Shown piece by piece: positions 27,497-32,881 of a stretch of DNA of 32,881 nt. The notes beneath the pieces are model-generated. The model ran no database searches. It was given only the letters and a program-made list of their open reading frames with translations, and had not been told where the DNA came from. Origin of the DNA: Silvanigrellaceae bacterium (lineage in GTDB: Bacteria; Bdellovibrionota_B; Oligoflexia; Silvanigrellales; Silvanigrellaceae); assembly GCA_049423385.1 (NCBI GenBank), contig JBMSQQ010000034.1:1-32881 (forward strand), read 5' to 3'. Numbering within the stretch: position 1 is the first letter of the stretch; each line of letters opens with the position of its first letter. The position numbers were made by a program, and so were the translations under genes.

Positions 27497-28591
27497 ATGC
27501 ATACCCACTATTTCAGCCCTGGCCCTGCCTCGCTCCCATTTGCAGTGAGGGAGCTTATTAAACATGAACTCCTCGACACCTTTGGAATTGGTGTCAGCGT
27601 GATGGAGATCTCGCACCGGTCCAAGCAATACGAGGCCCTCAACGAAGACACGCTCTCTCTTGCGCGAGACGTTTTTGAAGTTCCCCAATCCCACAAGCTC
27701 CTGTTCACACCCTTTGGGGCACAACAGCATTTTTCGCTTCTACTCAACCATCTGTCACTGCCGGGCGACACCGTTGCATATACCGAAACGGGTGTTTGGG
27801 CTCACCTCGCCACGGTCGACGCTCAAGCTGCAAACCGCAAGGTTGCAGTCGTTTTTGATGGCGCCCCAACGCTCAACTCCTTGGGTGAACCTTCCACCTG
27901 GAACATTCCACAGGAGTCCAAATATCTTCACCTCACAGTCAACAACACTGTTGAGGGAACCGAATATGTTGACCTCGATGTGGGCGGGAAAATTCCATTG
28001 GTGTTGGACATGACAAGCGCCTTGGCATCTCGCCGCGATATTCCCTGGAACAAAACCGCACTTGTTTATGCCAGTGCTCAAAAGAACTTTGGAATCGCAG
28101 GCTGCTCTGTCGTCATGATTCACAATGACGTTTTTGAACAGGCCAGAGCAAACGCGAAGAAAAACAACCTGGGCAACGCACTGAATTATTGCTCAATTTA
28201 CGATGCGAAGAGCGTTCTGAACACACCTCCCGTTTTTCCGATTTACGTCAGCAACAGATACCTCCATTGGATGAAATCATTGGGTGGTATTGAAACAATG
28301 GAAAAATGGGCTCTGGAACGTGCGCGAATGGTCTACTCCGAAATCGATGGTCAGTTTTACCGCGGACATGCTGTTGAAAAGAACCGCTCGCGCCACAACT
28401 TCGTATTCAAACTGCCAACACCGGAGCTCGACTCCCTTTTCGTCGAAAATGCAAAATCTGAGGGCATTCTCGAAGTGAAAGGCTACCGCACCCTGGGTGG
28501 AATCAGGGCTTCGATGTACAACGGCATCAGCATTGAATCGGCTCAGTATTTTGCCCAGTTCATGCGCCATTTCAGAACCAAACACGGCTGA
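27497..28591 (+). CDS. serC: Phosphoserine aminotransferase
   Basis: FSPGPA, VMEISHRS, TGVWA, DMTS, SAQKNFG (PLP Lys), NTPP and GGIRASMYN motifs. Alternative start 27482. Confidence 0.93.
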   Translation: MHTHYFSPGPASLPFAVRELIKHELLDTFGIGVSVMEISHRSKQYEALNEDTLSLARDVFEVPQSHKLLFTPFGAQQHFSLLLNHLSLPGDTVAYTETGVWAHLATVDAQAANRKVAVVFDGAPTLNSLGEPSTWNIPQESKYLHLTVNNTVEGTEYVDLDVGGKIPLVLDMTSALASRRDIPWNKTALVYASAQKNFGIAGCSVVMIHNDVFEQARANAKKNNLGNALNYCSIYDAKSVLNTPPVFPIYVSNRYLHWMKSLGGIETMEKWALERARMVYSEIDGQFYRGHAVEKNRSRHNFVFKLPTPELDSLFVENAKSEGILEVKGYRTLGGIRASMYNGISIESAQYFAQFMRHFRTKHG

Positions 28592-28595
28592 ACCA

Positions 28596-28922
28596 ATGAA
28601 AGCCAATCCTCGCCAACAGCTGGACACCCTTCGCTCCGAAGTGCGACTCGGCTTTCACGAATGGCGCAGTCTGATGGGAGAATCCATCAGCTACGAGCTG
28701 CAAAAGAGGGTTGTTGATTCACAGCTGCTTGGACCAGCCCACAGCTCGTTGAAGACGATTGAGGACAACGTCAAACAGATCGCATCGCGAGGCTTTGCAG
28801 CGCGCGTGAAGCTCACTAGGATCATGGTCAGGGCCGCATCTGCCGTACTGAACAACAACCGTGAGGCACTGCAGGTTGCGCTGTCTGATCTGATTCAACT
28901 CGGAAAGAAGGTCTCAAAGTGA
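28596..28922 (+). CDS. Small helical hypothetical protein
   Basis: ATG 4 nt after the serC stop. The stop overlaps the next GTG (GTGA). 108 aa with amphipathic helices. Confidence 0.65.
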   Translation: MKANPRQQLDTLRSEVRLGFHEWRSLMGESISYELQKRVVDSQLLGPAHSSLKTIEDNVKQIASRGFAARVKLTRIMVRAASAVLNNNREALQVALSDLIQLGKKVSK

Positions 28923-29713
28923 CTCGCGATGCCATAACAGAAACGAAATCAAAGGGCGCGCCTGCAAACTCTGACCCGGCCAAAAAAAGGGGGGCGACAA
29001 TCAAACCTGTGCCGGCGAGCATCAAATTGGACCTTTTTGGTGATCTTCTCAAATTCTCAAAGAAATCACCGTCGGCAACATCTTTCCGGAAATTCGATCA
29101 GCTCGCTCTGCACCTCGCACAGATGAACCGGGAAGAGAGAATACTTGTCTACAAAATATTTTGCGGTTTGGGACTGACTGCTCATGCTCGCCGGACAACG
29201 GAAACAGCAGAACGCAAAAAAATCTTTGACATTAAAAACAAGCTTTTCTTTTCAATCGCCAATGATCCAAACATCAGGAGAATGGTGAATCTCAGACTTG
29301 GAGTCAGCAGACGCTTCAAGGTCACTGCCTACTGTGCCGAATGCACAGAACGCAACAAGGCAGAAAGTCTGCCGGCGCGGGAATGGAAGTTTTGCCAAAA
29401 ATGCACCATCGACCGAAACTACTACAACATCGTGAGTCTGTTTCATCGTTTTGAACAGGGTGCCGGAGCATTGTTTTTGGGCCAGGACCTTCTGCCTCAA
29501 CTGCATGCGCATCATCTGATCAAAAGAGTGCCATTGACTCAAATCTCTGAAGAACTCAGTTTCGCAAAATACAAATTTTCACCAAAATCGCTGATCTCGA
29601 TTGACTTCGAAAGTCTCAAATCGTGTTCACAAAAATTGCTCGATTTGGCGAGCAAAATTTCGGGACCTACCCCTGTTGCAAGATTAGACAAGCCCCAACC
29701 CGTCAAGAGGTGA
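28919..29713 (+). CDS. Basic hypothetical protein with CxxC...CxxC putative zinc site
   Basis: 264-aa Lys/Arg-rich ORF containing CAEC-x16-CQKC, coupled to both neighbours. Confidence 0.75.
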   Translation: MTRDAITETKSKGAPANSDPAKKRGATIKPVPASIKLDLFGDLLKFSKKSPSATSFRKFDQLALHLAQMNREERILVYKIFCGLGLTAHARRTTETAERKKIFDIKNKLFFSIANDPNIRRMVNLRLGVSRRFKVTAYCAECTERNKAESLPAREWKFCQKCTIDRNYYNIVSLFHRFEQGAGALFLGQDLLPQLHAHHLIKRVPLTQISEELSFAKYKFSPKSLISIDFESLKSCSQKLLDLASKISGPTPVARLDKPQPVKR

Positions 29714-29719
29714 AAAAAC

Positions 29720-30838
29720 ATGGCGAGTCCAACTGCACTGATGCTCGCGTTCACACCACTCTTTGGTGATGGCACTCCTGCTGCTCTCGGTCTCGGCCAG
29801 GAAAACCTCATACAATCCGACAACGCCTGTGGGTCGTTTTGCCTGATCTCATCAAATGCTAATTTTGATGTTGCAATGAATGCCGGATTTTCAAAGGCTC
29901 AGTTGCCGCAGGCAAAGCCGAAACTCGACTCTTCGATGAGCTCAAGCCCCATCAGCATTTCCAGCTACGATTTCAGTTGGCACCCCTTCTACGATTTCGT
30001 TGTGGGTGCAGGATATCGAACATCGTTGCGGAGCACTGAACGCAACTCGGGTGGAAAAACAGTCAAGCGAGTCATCGTCGATGCGCGCGATATTCCCGTC
30101 TCAATTGCAGCACGCCCCACAGAAATAATTTCCATTGCCGCCAAGGCAATCATCCGGAATGTCGAAATCAAGCAGGAGAATCCCAACAACCCGGGCTTGA
30201 AAGCCGGAGTTTATTCAGCCGCACCACATCGCTGGTCTATTGATGCAATCCTGCAAAAATCCGAATCGACGGCCTACGCACTCACCTACCTGTCACCGAC
30301 ACGCAAAACCATGACAAACGCCGTTGGCACTGGCTCGGCCTCAGGCTCCACTCTGGCTCCCAGCTGGACGGATCCACAGGAATTCACCTTTGCGTTGGCA
30401 CATTTCTCGAGCTTCCGGCCGCCCGATGGTGTGGTTTTTGGACCATTTGAAAATGTTTTCCACGCTTCGCTGACGACCGTCACCTGGGAATCGGGAAAGC
30501 CGGTTGCCTACGGCGCACTGGCTTCGAGCTCGGTGGGCAAGGATGGTTGGAGCCTGACCGACAATTCAAGCCAAAACCAGGAATTCATCTTCGATCAGCT
30601 GGACCCCAGTTTGTCCGGCAGTGCGGGACTTGAAAGCACCTGGTTGAGAACTTCCATTGGTGCGATTTCAACCTATACCCACCTGCGCTTCAACCATGTT
30701 GCCACCCGCAAAAACACTTCCGGTTGGCAAAGCGGGTTCGGACTCGGATTCAGCAACCGTTACCTTTCGCTGCAGGCTTCGACAGTTTGGCGAGACGAAG
30801 ACGCTGGCTACGCAGTTGGAATCTCTTCCTCCTTTTGA
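29720..30838 (+). CDS. Probable outer-membrane beta-barrel protein (weakly FadL/PorV-like)
   Basis: Alternating strands such as WQSGFGLGFS and the C-terminal beta signal YAVGISSSF. The N-terminal AALGLG recalls the FadL/PorV plug motif. Confidence 0.6.
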   Translation: MASPTALMLAFTPLFGDGTPAALGLGQENLIQSDNACGSFCLISSNANFDVAMNAGFSKAQLPQAKPKLDSSMSSSPISISSYDFSWHPFYDFVVGAGYRTSLRSTERNSGGKTVKRVIVDARDIPVSIAARPTEIISIAAKAIIRNVEIKQENPNNPGLKAGVYSAAPHRWSIDAILQKSESTAYALTYLSPTRKTMTNAVGTGSASGSTLAPSWTDPQEFTFALAHFSSFRPPDGVVFGPFENVFHASLTTVTWESGKPVAYGALASSSVGKDGWSLTDNSSQNQEFIFDQLDPSLSGSAGLESTWLRTSIGAISTYTHLRFNHVATRKNTSGWQSGFGLGFSNRYLSLQASTVWRDEDAGYAVGISSSF

Positions 30839-30963
30839 GGACGCTGCCTCTTCATAATTCAGCCGCCTGGTTTCGTCATTTTTCAAACCCATCCTGAACT
30901 CACGGAATAGCGACAAACAAAGTATTGTTCATTAGACTGTCGCTGAACCTCGGAGTCCGGAAG

Positions 30964-32881
30964 ATGATCAAGAAAATCTTGTTGATTTCATTCCTCACAG
31001 TCACCGTCTTTTCAATTGCTGCCGCGGCGATTGGTGGAATTTATGCCTTCAAGTACGTTGAGAAGGTTGAAAAGACACTTCCGGCCGTGGACAAACTCAA
31101 GCACTATGCTCCAGCTTTGCCAACCCAAATCCTCAGCAGCGAAGGAACAAAGATTGGTGAGCTTTTTGAGGAAAAGAGATATCCGGTGGAGCTCGCCGAT
31201 ATCTCTCCACTTCTGGTCAAATGCTTCCTCGCCTCGGAAGACGCACGTTTTTATGATCACTCGGGGATCGACCCTCAAGGGCTTCTGCGCGCTGCTGCAA
31301 GTCATTTTTTGAAATCGGGAACAAAGCAGGGCGGCAGTACAATCACGCAGCAGTTGGTCAAAAATGTGTTGCTCACGCGGGAAAGAACAATCGAACGCAA
31401 GGTCAAGGACATCCTGCTCGCGCTGAAAATCGAAAAGGCGTTCAGCAAGGATGAAATCCTGGAAATGTATTTGAACACGATTTTTCTTGGCAACAACTCA
31501 TACGGCGTCGAAGCGGCAAGCCGAAACTACTTCAGAAAATCTTCCAGGAAACTGAAACTCTCCGAGGCAGCTCTCATCGCCGGACTCGCCCCCGCACCAT
31601 CAGCTTATGCGCCGACGGAAAGTTTCGAAAAGGCAAAGGCAAGACAGCGCTTTGTGCTCGACAGAATGGTTCAAAATGGTTGGGCCCAAAAAAGCGAAGC
31701 GGACGCAGCTTTTGATGAACAGCTCACCGTTCATCATGCAGAGACTCCCAACACACGTTCTGCTCCGTACTTTCTGATGGAAGTCAAAAAACAACTTGAA
31801 TCGTCTTTGAAACTGCCAGACCTTTTGACCTCGGGATACCAGGTTCAAACATCCTTGAATCTTCAGTTGCAAAAATTCACTCAAAAAGTTGTCGGCAATT
31901 ACCTTGAACAATTTGAATCCAAAAAAGCTTTCCGCAAACCAATCGAACGACATGGAGCGGAATATCAGGTGGCCCTCGAAAAACTCGCACGCAGTGGTTG
32001 GTCTGCTGAGGATGAAGAGGATATCCGGGGAATTGTGATTGACCTCAATCCTTCCCTGGACATCGCCCTGATTGCCACTCAAACCGGGCCCGGTATCCTT
32101 CTTGCCGAAGATCACCGCTGGGCCCTGCGTGCCGCGGCCAACAAGAAAACGAGCAACATACAGGATTTTGCCGACATCATTTCAGTGGGAGATGAGGTCC
32201 ACATCAAGAAAGTTGTTTCCAAAACCCCGAAGCGGATTGGCAACCTGCCTCGTCTGTTCAAGGAGCATGAAGAAACGCTGAAGCTATATGGCCAAACTGC
32301 TGACAAGGTGGAAAGCGCCTTTTACCAGTTGACAGATACCGAGGGAATCGAAGCAGCAGCAATTGTGATGGACGCGCACTCGGGCGATGTGCTTGCATTG
32401 GTGGGTGGCAGCAGTTTTCAGAGCAGTCAATTCAATCGTGCCACCCAGGCACTCCGCCAGGTCGGCAGCAGCGTCAAACCGCTTTATTACTCTCTCGCAC
32501 TCGACAATGGTTTTTCGCCTGCGTCCAGAATCGACAGTCCACCGATCGTGATGGGCGACTGGAAACCGGAAAACTATGACAAGGAATTCACTGGCAGAAC
32601 GAATTTTCGAACTTCTCTGGTGCACTCCTACAACATCAGCAGCATTCAGCTTTTCAAGGCACTTGGAATCTTTCTGAACGGGGAACATTTCAAGAAACTT
32701 GGACTGCCATGGACGGACGTCAACCTTGCCCATGCCTTGGGCGCAGGTTCAGCAACGCTGCTGCAAATGGCCCAGGCCTATTCCCCATTTGCAAATGCCG
32801 GACGAATATCAGAGGCACAGTACATCAAGGCGATCGAAAGCCGCGATGGAGAGGTTATCATTTCAGGAACAGACCCTCGCC
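30964..32881 (+). CDS. mrcA: Class A penicillin-binding protein 1A (3' truncated; absent from the ORF track because no stop falls in the window)
   Basis: Translated by hand from ATG 30964. It has an N-terminal TM, the transglycosylase motifs EDARFYDHSGID, GGSTITQQLVKN, RKVKD and KDEILEMYLN, and the transpeptidase motifs SSVK and SYN. Confidence 0.95.
   Translation, partial: MIKKILLISFLTVTVFSIAAAAIGGIYAFKYVEKVEKTLPAVDKLKHYAPALPTQILSSEGTKIGELFEEKRYPVELADISPLLVKCFLASEDARFYDHSGIDPQGLLRAAASHFLKSGTKQGGSTITQQLVKNVLLTRERTIERKVKDILLALKIEKAFSKDEILEMYLNTIFLGNNSYGVEAASRNYFRKSSRKLKLSEAALIAGLAPAPSAYAPTESFEKAKARQRFVLDRMVQNGWAQKSEADAAFDEQLTVHHAETPNTRSAPYFLMEVKKQLESSLKLPDLLTSGYQVQTSLNLQLQKFTQKVVGNYLEQFESKKAFRKPIERHGAEYQVALEKLARSGWSAEDEEDIRGIVIDLNPSLDIALIATQTGPGILLAEDHRWALRAAANKKTSNIQDFADIISVGDEVHIKKVVSKTPKRIGNLPRLFKEHEETLKLYGQTADKVESAFYQLTDTEGIEAAAIVMDAHSGDVLALVGGSSFQSSQFNRATQALRQVGSSVKPLYYSLALDNGFSPASRIDSPPIVMGDWKPENYDKEFTGRTNFRTSLVHSYNISSIQLFKALGIFLNGEHFKKLGLPWTDVNLAHALGAGSATLLQMAQAYSPFANAGRISEAQYIKAIESRDGEVIISGTDPR

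Noticed and set aside
28497..28595. Extended start of the small ORF inside serC
   Set aside because: ATG 28596, just after the serC stop, is more plausible.
28982..28994. A7G6 run (and C7G5 at 4723-4734) as phase-variation or frameshift sites
   Set aside because: The runs are short, the reading frames are intact and no alternative-frame product is evident.

Overview
A gene-dense bacterial chromosomal segment of about 50% GC, with no mobile elements or CRISPR arrays. Gene content and order suggest a Bdellovibrionota/Oligoflexia-like or other delta-proteobacteria-like diderm (inference). In order, it holds a truncated Pro/Ala tandem-repeat protein, a large TPR-like protein, HAD and NUDIX hydrolases, class II fba, an inositol monophosphatase and an RNase Y-like HD protein. 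A minus-strand run follows: icmF, class III aminotransferase, acyl-CoA dehydrogenase, yajC, secD, secF, recJ, a kinase-like membrane protein and a small beta-barrel. The right half has a stand-alone murF, a small ACP-like ORF, tRNA-Arg(CCG), two OmpA-like paralogues, tRNA-Thr(TGT), serC with three coupled unknown genes and a truncated PBP1A. The most notable observations are intact genes with missing hallmark motifs: a probable pseudo-histidine kinase, an OmpA paralogue with the peptidoglycan-binding motif deleted, RNase Y without the KH GxxG loop, MurF without the carbamylated Lys, and an ACP-like protein without DSL. Also notable is a B12-mutase/aminotransferase/branched-chain dehydrogenase cluster. 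All alignments were made by eye against remembered family consensus sequences.
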